DNA of 43,413 bases from positions 1-43,413 of the forward strand of contig JBBDRF010000034.1 in NCBI GenBank assembly GCA_040905565.1, written 5' to 3'. The notes beneath the pieces are model-generated. The model saw nothing but the letters and a program-made list of their open reading frames with translations, was not told the DNA's origin and ran no database searches. Source of the DNA: Phycisphaeraceae bacterium. GTDB taxonomy: Bacteria; Planctomycetota; Phycisphaerae; Phycisphaerales; Zrk34. Shown here in pieces: positions 9,001-18,063 of this stretch; positions within the stretch are counted from its first letter, which is position 1; every line of letters starts with the position of its first letter. Made by a program: the position numbers and the translations under genes.

Positions 9001-11797
9001 TCAGCATTCCCCGCTTGCGCCATGCCATCTGCCACACGCTGCGCACGATGGCATCGAGGCAGGTATACGCCTCGTACGGCAGCAGCATGAGTTCGGCGAA
9101 CTGGTTGGACAACGATCGGCCTGCCTGACCGAACACGTGTCCCAGATGCATGGCGAGCGGCGCCTCATGCGGCGGTGAAGCCAGCGCGAGGATCGTGGAG
9201 CATGCGACGGGTAGCGTGTAGAGCGCGAGGAGCAGGAGCGTCCACGCCCACGCCAACTGGGGCGTCAACATCCAGCCGCCCACGACCGCCGCAATGAGTG
9301 CCGCGGGCGTGAGGGACCGGCGCAGGTTGTCAAATATCTTCCAGCGGCCGAGCGCGCGGATGGGATTGCTCACCCACTGGCCGCGTGCATTGGGCGCTTG
9401 GGGCAGGAGCCAAAAGGCTATTTGCCAGTCGCCGCGCACCCAGCGGTGTCGCCGATTCATGTCCGCGAGGTAGGTGCTGGGATAGTCCTCAATGAGCTGA
9501 ACGTCCGAAATCAGCGCCGAACGGGCGTAGCACGATTCGATCAGGTCGTGGCTGAGCAGTTGGTTTTCGGGGAAACGTTCGGCGAGTGTTTGCTCGAATG
9601 CCGCGATGTCATGAATGCCTTTGCCGATGTACGTGCCTTCGGCGAAGAGATCCTGGTAGACATCGGATGCCTGACGCGTGTAGGGGTCGACGCCGGCTTC
9701 GCCGCTCATCATGGCGCCGTAGCGTGAACTGTTAGCGCCATCGAGCCCATTGCTCACAAGTGGTTGGAGGATGGCATATCCGCGTGTGACGCGCCTGGTT
9801 GTGGGATCGACATGCGGGCGATTGAGCGGATGGGCGAGCGTGGCGACCATCTGCCGCGCGGCATCGTGGGGTAGTTGCGTATCTGCATCCAGCGGAATGA
9901 TGTAGCGCACCTTTTGCAAGGCTGAGACCTCGCCGACGATCTGGCTGAACGCTTCGACTTCGCCGTTGAGGATCAGGCGATTGACCTGCATCAGCTTGCC
10001 GCGTTTGCGTTCCCACGCCATCCACACGCCTTCCTGCTCATTCCACTGGCGCGGCCGATGCAGCCAGTAGAAGACCGGGGAGCGACGGACTGCATATCGC
10101 TGATTCAAGCGCTCGATCGATTTGCGCATCAGCGTGAGCAGTTTCTCTTCACCATCCTTGTGCTCGCAGTCGGCGTCGGTGAAGTCGGTCAGCAGTGCGA
10201 ACAGCAGGTTGTCGTCACGATTTGCAAGGAAACGGATCTCCAAATCATCCACAAGTTGGCGGATGGTATCGGCTGAGGTCATGAGCGTGGGGACGGCCAC
10301 GAGGGCGCGATGCTCATCCGGAATGCCCTTGCTGAAATCCAGCTTGGGCAACATGCGCGGTGAGACCACACGCGTCACCACAAGGTTGACCAGCGACAGG
10401 CCAATGCTGGATGCCCCCCATGCAGCAAGCAGGCCGAGGAGGATGGCGACTGCGGTTGCGGTTGTCGATGCGATCGTCCATGCGACCATGCTGAGCCCGA
10501 CGGCGAGGGCGAAAAACGCGGCTGCGCCGAGATAGGCCAACAAGGGTGCCGAGGGCCAGGTGCGCGCCATGCGCTGGCGGAATGTCAGCCCCGCGCCGAT
10601 GGCAGCCTGGAGTTGGGGCAGGCCCTGATCCAGCAGGTAATAGCCCACATGCATGCGTTGTTCGTGGGCGGCGGGGTGATGTTGCGGATCGGCGTCGTGA
10701 ACCGCGTTTCGGGCAAGTTTGAGCGCATGCTCCACTACTTGCGCCTCCTGCTTGCCTGTCCGCCGGGACAGCCGTTCGATCACGTGCCGACAGCGGTCCC
10801 GGCTGTCAAAGTCCATCTGCGGATAGACGCCCGCCGGGTCGGCTGAGAGGGCCTTGTCGACCACACTCATGGACTCAACAAATCGACGCCAACTCATCCC
10901 GCTGAGCGCACGCAGCGACGTGATCGAATTGGCGAAAGCAATCTGATCGGCAGCCTCGACGTCGCTGGCGTACTGTACGATCTGATCGACCGTCTGGCCC
11001 CGTTCGGCGAGCTGCTGCTCCACCCACGCCATGCCCTGGCTCACGCCGGCCGTCTGCACCTGAAGCTGGCGATGCAAATGGGGCACAAAGGCCGTGTTCA
11101 GTTCCGGATCCTGCTTCGCCATCTCGGCCACGGCGATCACGACGTGACCGGGGTTGCGCGATGCCGTTTCAAGAATCCGATCAGCCCAGTAGTCGGCAAG
11201 TTCCTGGTGACGGCGCGCCCACGCCAGCCGGGCGCAGACACGACGGATATTCTCGATCAGTGCGATGCGGAGCATGATCGGAACGGCCCAGAGTTCACCG
11301 AGAGACAAAGCCGTAACCTGCTGGTAACCGTGTACAAAGCGCGTCAGGTTTTCGCGGTCGATCACACCGTCCGAATGGCTGATCAGTTCGAGGGCGAGGT
11401 CGTAGACGCGCGGATACCCGGCCATGCGGCCATTAAGCAGGCGTGGCAACTGCCTGGAGTAGGAGCGGGGCAGGTGCTTGCGCGCCATGCGCACCTGTGC
11501 ATCGATGACGTGGTAGTTATCCAGCAGCCAATCTTCAGCCGGGACGATATGCCGATGCTGGTGGACCGCCTCGGCCACACGCTGGTAGGTCGTGGCAATA
11601 ATGGCATCGTTTTCGGCCAAACGATCCAACAGCTGATCCGGACCGCCGGCGGGGTCCACGTCGTGCCAGCCCGCCAGCTTGCGAGCGTGCGCGTACAACT
11701 GTTCGAGTGAAAGCAGTTCCGTGCGAAGCGGGTGCTCCTCAAACATCCCGAGGTCGTGATGGCCGCTTTTTGACAGGAAACGGCGAATGGCTGTCAT
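3014..11797 (-). CDS. ndvB: Cyclic beta-1,2-glucan synthase (NdvB/ChvB-like; glycosyltransferase plus glucoamylase-like and C-terminal GH94 domains)
   Basis: ~2,900 aa with WERKRGKL, LDADT, LLSHDLIE, RRHRWVRGDWQ, SWSGSMFEYLMP, YQSGGAFGFRDQLQD, GDWNDGM and ENGGQYTH motifs. Start could be 11797, 11812 or 11854. Confidence 0.93.
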   Translation of the reverse strand: MTAIRRFLSKSGHHDLGMFEEHPLRTELLSLEQLYAHARKLAGWHDVDPAGGPDQLLDRLAENDAIIATTYQRVAEAVHQHRHIVPAEDWLLDNYHVIDAQVRMARKHLPRSYSRQLPRLLNGRMAGYPRVYDLALELISHSDGVIDRENLTRFVHGYQQVTALSLGELWAVPIMLRIALIENIRRVCARLAWARRHQELADYWADRILETASRNPGHVVIAVAEMAKQDPELNTAFVPHLHRQLQVQTAGVSQGMAWVEQQLAERGQTVDQIVQYASDVEAADQIAFANSITSLRALSGMSWRRFVESMSVVDKALSADPAGVYPQMDFDSRDRCRHVIERLSRRTGKQEAQVVEHALKLARNAVHDADPQHHPAAHEQRMHVGYYLLDQGLPQLQAAIGAGLTFRQRMARTWPSAPLLAYLGAAAFFALAVGLSMVAWTIASTTATAVAILLGLLAAWGASSIGLSLVNLVVTRVVSPRMLPKLDFSKGIPDEHRALVAVPTLMTSADTIRQLVDDLEIRFLANRDDNLLFALLTDFTDADCEHKDGEEKLLTLMRKSIERLNQRYAVRRSPVFYWLHRPRQWNEQEGVWMAWERKRGKLMQVNRLILNGEVEAFSQIVGEVSALQKVRYIIPLDADTQLPHDAARQMVATLAHPLNRPHVDPTTRRVTRGYAILQPLVSNGLDGANSSRYGAMMSGEAGVDPYTRQASDVYQDLFAEGTYIGKGIHDIAAFEQTLAERFPENQLLSHDLIESCYARSALISDVQLIEDYPSTYLADMNRRHRWVRGDWQIAFWLLPQAPNARGQWVSNPIRALGRWKIFDNLRRSLTPAALIAAVVGGWMLTPQLAWAWTLLLLALYTLPVACSTILALASPPHEAPLAMHLGHVFGQAGRSLSNQFAELMLLPYEAYTCLDAIVRSVWQMAWRKRGMLTWRTSGEATRTSRQNLPGHLRAMWISPLLALAAGAGMFAITGTTVPALAAAPILTLWLIGPLLAWWLSQPRRVREAQLSHTQRRFLCRITRLTWRYFETFITDDTNYLPPDNYQETGDFGLDARTSPTNIGIGLLASLTATDLGYISIEQLIDRTQRTFDAMGKLERYHGHFYNWYDTRTLTALPPHYVSTVDSGNLAGHLLVTEAGLRELAEAPSVPVRLFEGIADTVDVGRSIATDQGSGTPAEIRQKLDALAHRITHMTPGTSLTQTYLHLQSLGSEASELHATAKATSAPESDLLWWTRAMEEHVAAMSADLKQLSPYVMMLNDPDRDLLPATLQRLLESFDRIPTLTQAACAAQTWRNLIKPLSPTDPPEQAVADAVQTWPVEATDWLQRFEAQLKTGSDHATARIHTLESLAQRAEDFADMDFAILYDEHRHLLRIGLNARDHAPDPSYYDLLASEARLASYLAIAAGQLPHDHWFSLSRTLTITEGHTALVSWSGSMFEYLMPNLVMPSSERTLLDTTNTAAVRRHIQYGRQRGVPWGASESSYAALDVGGHYQYQAFGVPGLGLKRGLHDDLVVAPYASAMAAMIVPVEAAENLIRLSEQGALGRYGFYEAVDYTRSRLPHGETSVPTRLYMAHHGGMTFVGIAQELLDRPMHRRFLANPRLRSVRTLLHERVPSDIQPVYPHAVEAGYRDLAAEQVPPDIRIFTTPHTDWPRVHMLSNGRYHVMVSNSGGGYSRWQHYAVTRWQEDRTTDGEGQFVYLRDRRTGEYWSVSHHPTRVESDRYEAIFTQGRAEFKRLDHEIFAHMIISVSPEDDVEIRRLTLTNHSSEPREIEVTSYGEIVLSDPAADHAHPAFGKLFVQTELLHNRHSLIATRRPRQAGESPPWMFHQMHVQGHTLESTTFETDRDAFLGRARTAQHPAAMQHDRLGDTAGSVLDPVFAIRRIVTLQPDESAIVDVITGMAHSRQSALEQVSKHCDHHFADRVFDLAPARSQLMLQHLGASEPEAQLYGRLASAVLHGNPAFRARPSVLLANRLGQSALWRYGISGDLSIVLLTIAGIQHVELAAQALKAHAYWASKGLAVDLVIINDDFSGYRQELQDSLNALIGSGPSAQLVDKPGGIFLRRGDQISTEDRTLLQTVARLVLDDSAGDLAKHADRRARRRPAPAVAPFEPTRAPWDQPATAAERRDLLFYNGYGGFTRDGHEYITSLARDQTTPAPWSNVMANDRFGTIVTESGSSYTWFENAHEFRLTPWYNDPVTDRCGEAIYLRDEHTGQYWSPTPLPCPGNAPYATRHGFGYTIFEHEEGGIRSEMSTFVATDAPAKFYVVKLKNHSDRPRRISVTAMVEWVLSEHRSKGAMHVVTELDPKTGAMFARNWYNTDFPGRVAFMHVSEPTRTVTGDRGDFVGRNRTLANPAAMELAQLSGRLGAGLDPCGAIMTAVDLAEGAEREVVFLIGAGSSEGEAHEVLQRYGWRNGHRKAIEDVWSMWNHILGTVHVQTPDPGIDMLVNGWLIYQTLACRIWGRSGYYQSGGAFGFRDQLQDSMALLHAAPWIYRGHIIYSCEHQFVEGDVQHWWHPPTNRGVRTRIRDDYLWLPYAAARYVSATGDTGVLQEQRPYLAARLLAHGEESCYDLPAVSDEVGTVYEHCVRAIEYGLTFGSHGLPIIGSGDWNDGMDRVGPEGQGESVWLAFFLYDVLTHFAPIAQAHGDQPFADRCRDEAKRLQENIEQHGWDGQWYRRAYFDDGTPLGSHVNPECQIDAIPQAWAAITGAADSHRIAQAMQSVDRRLVRRDIDIIQLFDPPFDKSDLEPGYIKGYVPGVRENGGQYTHAATWVTMGFAMLGDAERAWECLNIINPVRHGGNPESIATYKVEPYVMAADVYGVKPHEGRGGWTWYTGSGAWTYRLIIETILGLRLHVDTLYFEPCLPSDWGGYHLHYRYRETFYHINVIAPAGHGNHVASVTCDGQPCPDLCIHLIDDRVDHKTDITLA

Positions 11798-12119
11798 GGC
11801 CTTGTACTGCATCGATTCCGGTACGATATTTCTGTTCAAATCGCGTAGACGCATGGTGATCTCATCGGGATTGGCGCGGTATGCGAGCCCCAAGGATAGC
11901 CGATTCTGAGCGAGAAGATGGGCGATCGTTCACCAAGGCGACGCGCTTCATGACGAACTGCGCACCCCCAGCAGCAAGCCGCCAGCACTCAGAAGCGTCA
12001 GGATGGTCGGGTCTGCGCTGAAATTGCCGGGGCCGGTTGACTGCTGAAGCGATCGGGCTCACTTGAAGTGGGCACACGGCCCCGGCTCAAAATTTGTTCC
12101 CGGCGCGTAACGCATTCCG

Positions 12120-12462
12120 TTACGCCGCCTTCCGCTCGTAATGGTTCAGCAACCCGCCCAGCAGTTGCGTGCGACGCACTCGCCCAATGGAACCGGCCTC
12201 CTCTTCCGCAGGCGGCTTATCCTTCTCGCCCAGCGGTACGTTCCCCATCGACTGGTGCGGCCGCATCGTATTGTGATACTTCACGTACGTCTGCACGATG
12301 TGATCGAGGTACGGCAAGCTGAAGCACCAGAAAGCGTTCAGGCACTCACGCTTCAGACTGCCGATCCATGATTCCGCGAACGAGTTCGCCATGGGTGATT
12401 GGAACGGCGTCCTCACGACTTCGCCCGCAACCTGGCGGAAGTGCTCGTCAAACTGCGGTGTC
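12120..12462 (-). pseudogene. Integrase core (rve_3-type) transposase C-terminal fragment
   Basis: SPMANSFAESWIGSLKRECLN...YHNTMRPHQSMGN...LGGLLNHY pattern; N-terminal part absent. Confidence 0.8.
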
Positions 12463-12561
12463 CCTCCGTGACGTAGGCCATCGGACGTTTTGCCCAGTCA
12501 TGCGCTACAAAACCGTCAAGGGGTCATCGCCGGAAGCCATTCATTGCGATAATGCGGGCTA

Positions 12562-13741
12562 GTAAGCGTTCGGTCACCCGGTGATTCGTAGATCGCGTGG
12601 CGGATGTGGGCGGGTTTCAGTCGTCGAGTGCGGGGTGGTGCCAGCGGTTTGGGAGGAAGTTGGGCAGTTTGCTCATCGGTGCTGAGGGCATGCGGGTGAG
12701 CAGGTCGCGGAGGTAGAGCCAGACGTCGATGCCGGCTCGGCGGGCGCTGGCGATGATGCTGTAGAGGATGGCGGCGGTGCGGCCGCCGGCGTCGGAGCCC
12801 ATGAAAAGGTAATTCTTGCGGCCGATTGCAAGCGGGCGAATCGCGTTCTCGGCGGCGTTGTTGTCGATCGCGAGGTCGCCGTCGGCAGTGTAGCGGACCA
12901 GCGCTTCCCACTGATTCAAAGCATAGGTGATCGCTTCGCCCATCGGGCTCTGCGGCAGCACGGCGTCGCGCTCGCTCATCAGGTACTTGTGCAGTTGATC
13001 GAGGATCGGCTTCGCCTGCTCCTGACGAAGCGCGGTGATCTGGCCGGCATCCAGTTCTTCCTTCTTCGCCCGCTTCTCGATCGCGTAGAGTTGCCGAATC
13101 ATGCCCAGCACGTGATGCGATCGCTGCGCATCACTGTTGCGCTCATCGTGGAACTTGCGGCGCGCATGCGCCCAGCAGCCGACATCAATCACCTTCCCGC
13201 CACGGTACAATTCGTCGTACCCGGCGTACGCATCGGCCTGCAGATAACCTTCATAATCGCCGAGCCAGTCGATCGGCCCGGCGCGGCTGCGCGTCGGTGT
13301 GTAGTCGAAAACTATATAGGGATGATCGGCGTCGCCGAGGTAGGTCCACATGCGGCCGGTCTTCGTTTTGCCGCGGCCTTTATCCTGCACCGGCACGGGC
13401 GTGTCGTCCGTGTTGATGACCTTAGATTGACGCATCTCGCTGGACATAAGTTTTACCAGCGGCTCGAGCAGGTTCGCCGCTTCGGCCATCCAGCCGCACA
13501 TCGTTGACCGCGCCAGCTCCACACCGTGACGACGGAACATGCTCTCCTGACGATACAGTGGAAGATGATCGACATACTTGCTCACGATCACCTGCGTCAC
13601 GACACTCGGGCCCGGCAGGCCCTTCTCGATCAGCTGCGATTCAGGCGAACGCTCCGCCGTGGCGACGCCGCCTTCTTCGCACTTTTTACAGGCGTATTTG
13701 CCACGCACATGCTGAAGCACGAACATCGACGCGGGCACGTA
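12562..13741 (-). mobile_element. tnpC: IS66-family remnant: right terminus plus 5'-truncated TnpC (12617..13741)
   Basis: Terminus GTAAGCGTTCGGTCACCC at 12562. TnpC motifs HLPLYRQ, DDTP, CWAHARRKF, DNNAAENAIR. The protein starts abruptly at YVPASM and tnpA/tnpB are missing. Confidence 0.88.
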
Positions 13742-13989
13742 TTGGACTTCTCCGGCACGACGATGATTGCCTGCTCAAGCTTCTGGTTCGCCAGCTTGTC
13801 CAGCGCGATGAGCATCAGCGCCCGACTTTTCCCGGACGCCGGCGGCGACTTGATTAGCAGGTACTGCTCGCCGCGCCGCTGGTACGCCCGCTCCTGCATC
13901 GGCCGCATGCCCAGAGCGTTTAAGCGTGTGGAACTGCCGTCTTGAGCATACGTGACGGAAACGGACTGAATCGATGGGGGTGGACTCAT
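13742..13989 (-). pseudogene. YeeB-like DEAD/DEAH helicase, N-terminal fragment
   Basis: MRPMQERAY...YLLIKSPPASGKSRALM...AIIVVPEKS (Q motif, Walker A), then fuses into IS66 sequence. Confidence 0.8.
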
Positions 13990-13993
13990 GTGG

Positions 13994-14467
13994 CTACCAA
14001 AGAAAGGTTTGAGGGCTTCTTCTTTTTCTATAATCTTGCTTCAAGCTCTTCGATCTCCTTGAGATCGATCGCAAATAGTCCCAGCCGCCGGGGTCTTTCA
14101 GCCGCTCATCGTCCATCACGAATCCCTTCGTGACGAACTCGCGCAAGTGGGTGGTCGCCCACTGCCTGAACTGCGTGCCCCGCGGCGAGCGGACCCGGTA
14201 GCCGATCGCGAGGATCAGGTCGAGGTTATACTGCTGCGTGCGGTACTGCTTGCCGTCGGCGGCAGTTGTCAAGGATTCCTTGACAACTGAATCCCGGCTC
14301 AGCTCCCCCTCCTCGAAAATGTTCTTCGCGTGCAGCGACACATTCTGCTTGGTCGTCTGAAACAGCTCGGCGATCTCAAGCTGGGTCAGCCAGATCGTCT
14401 CCCCCTCCACCCGCAGCTGCATGCGGGTTTGCCCGTCCTCGGAGGTGTAAAGGATCAGATCGCTCAC
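13994..14467 (-). pseudogene. rhuM: RhuM-family protein with internal deletion/frameshift
   Basis: LILY...IWLTQLEIAELF...YNLDLILAIGYRVRSPRGTQFRQWAT...KGFVMDDERLK. The frame breaks after GWDY (~14073) and a C-terminal-like AIDLKEIEELEARL* follows in another frame. Confidence 0.8.
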
Positions 14468-14697
14468 GCGCCGGCCCCTTTCGTCTTTCGCCTGGCTGGC
14501 TTCTTCTTCGGCGCGGCGGAGCCCTCCTTCGCGGTCATCTGCGTGTAAAGCTCGAACAGCTGCTCCAGCCGTTCGGTGTCGTTGCGGAACCGCCTGCCGA
14601 TGTAGATGCGCTCCAGCACCTCGTCATTACGCTCATGCGCCTCGCGCAGGTCGGCCGGCATCTTCTCGGGATCGTAAAGCTCCGCGATGGTGACGAT
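14464..14697 (-). pseudogene. YeeA/MmeI-like DNA methyltransferase, extreme C-terminal fragment
   Basis: TIAELYDPEKMPADLREAHERNDEVLERIYIGRRFRNDTERLEQLFELY is the MmeI/YeeA-type C-terminus. Its stop overlaps the rhuM start, and the upstream sequence is the CRISPR array. Confidence 0.8.
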
Positions 14698-14709
14698 CTC
14701 CTCGGCTAA

Positions 14710-15765
14710 GCTTCAATGGGGCCCCGCTGGTTTAGCGGGGAAAAGAAGTTTGACGACGCCCAGGGCGAAGCCTACCCGCTGGCTTCAATGGGGCCCCGCT
14801 GGTTTAGCGGGGAAAAGTAGCAAGACGCTTCGGGAAACCGCCTGCGTTGTGCTCGCTTCAATGGGGCCCCGCTGGTTTAGCGGGGAAAAGTACGAACGGG
14901 AGTAATGCGATGCCCCCCAATCCCCCGCTTCAATGGGGCCCCGCTGGTTTAGCGGGGAAAAGCGGGGCAGTGGATTACGTGCTCGGCCCATACTGCGTAG
15001 CTTCAATGGGGCCCCGCTGGTTTAGCGGGGAAAAGGAGCTTGAGCAGCTGCGAGCGGTGCGCGTCGCTATGCTTCAATGGGGCCCCGCTGGTTTAGCGGG
15101 GAAAAGCGAGATCGAAGCGAGGCGGCGGCCTGGAAGGCTTATGAGGCTTCAATGGGGCCCCGCTGGTTTAGCGGGGAAAAGGTCTCGCTTCGGCTTGACC
15201 TTCACGGCCACGAACCGGCTTCAATGGGGCCCCGCTGGTTTAGCGGGGAAAAGCGGGCGATGCCGCGTGATCGCACCCACCCATGCGGCGAGCTTCAATG
15301 GGGCCCCGCTGGTTTAGCGGGGAAAAGGCGTCAGCCCTCGCGTCATCCGGGATCACATACTCGCGCTTCAATGGGGCCCCGCTGGTTTAGCGGGGAAAAG
15401 CGGGAAACGTGGGAGCGGCAGGCCGATCGGCTTGAGGCTTCAATGGGGCCCCGCTGGTTTAGCGGGGAAAAGACCGCCTGAACCCACGGCACCGCCGCCT
15501 AACCGCGACGCTTCAATGGGGCCCCGCTGGTTTAGCGGGGAAAAGCCGATGCTGCATCTGCGTCAGCGCCGATCATCACCAAGCTTCAATGGGGCCCCGC
15601 TGGTTTAGCGGGGAAAAGGTGCAGCAGGGCTTGCGTGGCGGGGTCTACGTTGGACCGCTTCAATGGGGCCCCGCTGGTTTAGCGGGGAAAAGAGCTTTCG
15701 TATCGGCCCGAGACTCGGATCGGTAAACAGCTTCAATGGGGCCCCGCTGGTTTAGCGGGGAAAAG
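14710..15765 (-). CRISPR. Type I-G CRISPR array, 15 repeats / 14 spacers
   Basis: Identical 36-bp repeats, on the minus strand CTTTTCCCCGCTAAACCAGCGGGGCCCCATTGAAGC (7-bp hairpin, ATTGAAGC 3' end). Starts at 14710, 14782, 14855, 14927, 15000, 15071, 15146, 15218, 15292, 15365, 15437, 15510, 15583, 15657, 15730; spacers 35-39 bp. Confidence 0.99.
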
Positions 15766-15990
15766 GCCGCTCGCTGCAACATCTTTTTCTTTCGGAAGCT
15801 GCGGCGGCCAATGCGAGCGATTCCTTGTGAGGTCCGTGCTGAGCACATCCGACGGTCTCTTTTGTCAGCTAACTCTTTACTTGTCAAGGAGCACGAGCGG
15901 CGGCCGGGTTTTGTGCACCACTGCGTCGCTCGTTGGGCTATCGAGAACCGTGAGCAGGTGACGAGCGAAATCCGTAGTCGGCCCATCGGC
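15766..15990 (-). promoter_or_regulatory. CRISPR leader
   Basis: Non-coding gap between the cas2 stop and the first repeat. AT-rich patch CTAACTCTTTACTTGTCAAG (~15869-15888) flanked by CGAGCG motifs, resembling leader IHF-site/repeat architecture. Confidence 0.75.
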
Positions 15991-16281
15991 TCAGACCACG
16001 ATTGTCCGCGTGAGCGGATCATACGGCGTGCCGAGCACCTCAAGGCCGTTATCCAGCGACCGATCCGCGCGACCCAAGTCCAAAATAAGCACTTGGTCCT
16101 CCCGGTCGTGAATCGTTTCGACGATCCGCGCCCGCAGGCCGGCGAGTTCGGTCGCGTTAAGTTCGCAGAAGAAAACGCTGTATTGGGCATGGTCGCCTTC
16201 GCCTTCGAGCATCTTGAAAAGCTTGGTGCGGCGTTTGTCGCTACTGACATCATACGTGATGAGGTAGTGTCGGCGTGCCAT
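15991..16281 (-). CDS. cas2: CRISPR-associated endonuclease Cas2
   Basis: YLITYDVSSDKRR...QYSVF...EDQVLILDLG. Confidence 0.97.
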   Translation of the reverse strand: MARRHYLITYDVSSDKRRTKLFKMLEGEGDHAQYSVFFCELNATELAGLRARIVETIHDREDQVLILDLGRADRSLDNGLEVLGTPYDPLTRTIVV

Positions 16282-16293
16282 GCGTTTTCCATT

Positions 16294-18060
16294 TTACCGG
16301 GTGGTGATGCTGAGGTAGGTGGGCACATCGCCTCGGAAGTAGCGGGCGAGCAGCCTGGCGTGGAGGCGAATGGCAGCACGCCAGGAGCAGCGGTAATCAA
16401 ACGCGGGATGCGTGACGAGCTGATCGAGGCGACTTTCAAACGCCTGAATCATCGCTTTGCGACCGGCGGGCTGGAGCAGGCAGGCGGATCGGCCGTGCTT
16501 GAAATGTCGACCGCGAATCATGCCGGTGTTGATGGCGGTGATGACGGCGGAGTCGGCGAGCAGCGGGCGCAGCGGCTCCATGAGGTCGAGGGCGAGCGCA
16601 GGCCGGCCGTGCCGCGGCTGATGGTAAAGGCCCCAGTGCGGTTCGAGGCCTTCGCCCAGCAGTGCGACGCTGCATTCCTTGGTCAGCAGAGCGTATGTGA
16701 AGGAGAGCATGGCGTTGATCGGATCGCGCGGCGGTCGGCGGTTGCGGCTGGCGAAATCCCAGTCCGTCGTCAGATCACGCGGGCGAAGCAGCGATGCAAA
16801 GTTTTGAAAGTAGTGCCGGGCGATGCTGCCTTCAATGCCCAGCAGTGAAGCGATCGAATCAACTTTTGCGGCGCGGTCGGTAAGGTCCGCCATATCGCGA
16901 AGGACGCGGTCGGGAGCGTGTCCGTTCCGCCGCAGGAGGGCACGCTGGTTGACGGCTTTGTCGATGACGAGCTGTCGGGCGAAGGCGAGGCATTTGTCGG
17001 CATCCTGCACGGTCTGGAATTGAGCAGCACGGTCGAAGGCGTTTTTGAGCGTGAGCCCGTTGGTCACGCCGTAGAACCAGTGGCCGGTTGAGAGGTAGAC
17101 GACGGGGATGCCCGCTTCGCAGAGTTGGTGAAGCGTTTGCGTGCTGACTTGGACGTTGCCGCAGATGACCAGTTGGGCGACATCCTTGAGCCGAGCCGTG
17201 GCAAGTTGCTGCCCGCTTTTGCGGACGATGAGCGTTGATCCTTTTTTGCCGACGTAGGCGCCCTGCTCCTGAACGTAGAGGGGGGTAGCGTAGTCGCGTG
17301 CCGGGTAAAGGCGGCGAACGGTGGGCGCTTCAGGATGCAGCGGCACCTGGCGAAGGGCGAGGGTTTCGTCGGGCAGGCAGATACTGCAAAGCGAACAGCC
17401 GTGGCACTTGGGGCTATCCTCCAGCGGTGGCGGCATCACACTATGCGGTGCAGCGGCGCGGCGGGCACGCTCGATGAGTTGGAGCGTCCGAGTTTCGAGT
17501 GCTTCATCGAAGAGGACATCGACGCGCGTGCGTGAAGCGGCGAAGTAGAGCACGCCGTGATCGCAATGGTAGCCGTGCTCACGCAAGAGGAGGCCCTGGG
17601 CCATGAGCTGGACGCGTTCGGGTTCCCACGATCGTTCGGGATTGTTCGGCACGCTGCCGCGCTTGGTTTCGACGGGGACGGCCTCGGCCTTCGGCACACC
17701 GAGCGTTCCGCTTGGTGGTGCATCATCAATGGCCACGAGGTCGAGCTTCGCCGTCAGCCCCAGTCGATTCGATCCCAGCGGTACGGAGCGGGCAATCTGG
17801 GGCGGGTCGTCGCCATCGTCGTGCGCTGGCTTCGTGGTAGGGGCAGGGGTGTCATCGTCGCTTTCGGGTAGCACATGATCGAGCCGATCGACGCGTCGAT
17901 GCACGTGCCGACCATCGACGGTGTAGGCGTTGTCCGCCCATCGGCCCTCGACGTGCATGAGATGAAACAGCCGCGGACAGTAGGCATACTCGTTGAGCAT
18001 GCGTACGGGTAGCGCATCGGCCGCAGCGGCATCGGTCGAGTTGTTCCCGGACTCATTCAT
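16294..18060 (-). CDS. cas1: Cas4-Cas1 fusion
   Basis: N-terminal Cas4 ([27 protein letters not shown]) and C-terminal Cas1 ([34 protein letters not shown]). Confidence 0.96.
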   Translation of the reverse strand: MNESGNNSTDAAAADALPVRMLNEYAYCPRLFHLMHVEGRWADNAYTVDGRHVHRRVDRLDHVLPESDDDTPAPTTKPAHDDGDDPPQIARSVPLGSNRLGLTAKLDLVAIDDAPPSGTLGVPKAEAVPVETKRGSVPNNPERSWEPERVQLMAQGLLLREHGYHCDHGVLYFAASRTRVDVLFDEALETRTLQLIERARRAAAPHSVMPPPLEDSPKCHGCSLCSICLPDETLALRQVPLHPEAPTVRRLYPARDYATPLYVQEQGAYVGKKGSTLIVRKSGQQLATARLKDVAQLVICGNVQVSTQTLHQLCEAGIPVVYLSTGHWFYGVTNGLTLKNAFDRAAQFQTVQDADKCLAFARQLVIDKAVNQRALLRRNGHAPDRVLRDMADLTDRAAKVDSIASLLGIEGSIARHYFQNFASLLRPRDLTTDWDFASRNRRPPRDPINAMLSFTYALLTKECSVALLGEGLEPHWGLYHQPRHGRPALALDLMEPLRPLLADSAVITAINTGMIRGRHFKHGRSACLLQPAGRKAMIQAFESRLDQLVTHPAFDYRCSWRAAIRLHARLLARYFRGDVPTYLSITTR

Positions 18061-18063
18061 AGT

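Noticed and set aside
2987..11742. Long plus-strand ORFs (e.g. 4106-5572, 5765-7507) inside ndvB
   Set aside because: Antisense shadows typical of GC-rich coding DNA.
14687..15481. Repetitive ORFs (LQWGPAGLAGK, MGPRWFSGEK)
   Set aside because: Translations of CRISPR repeats.
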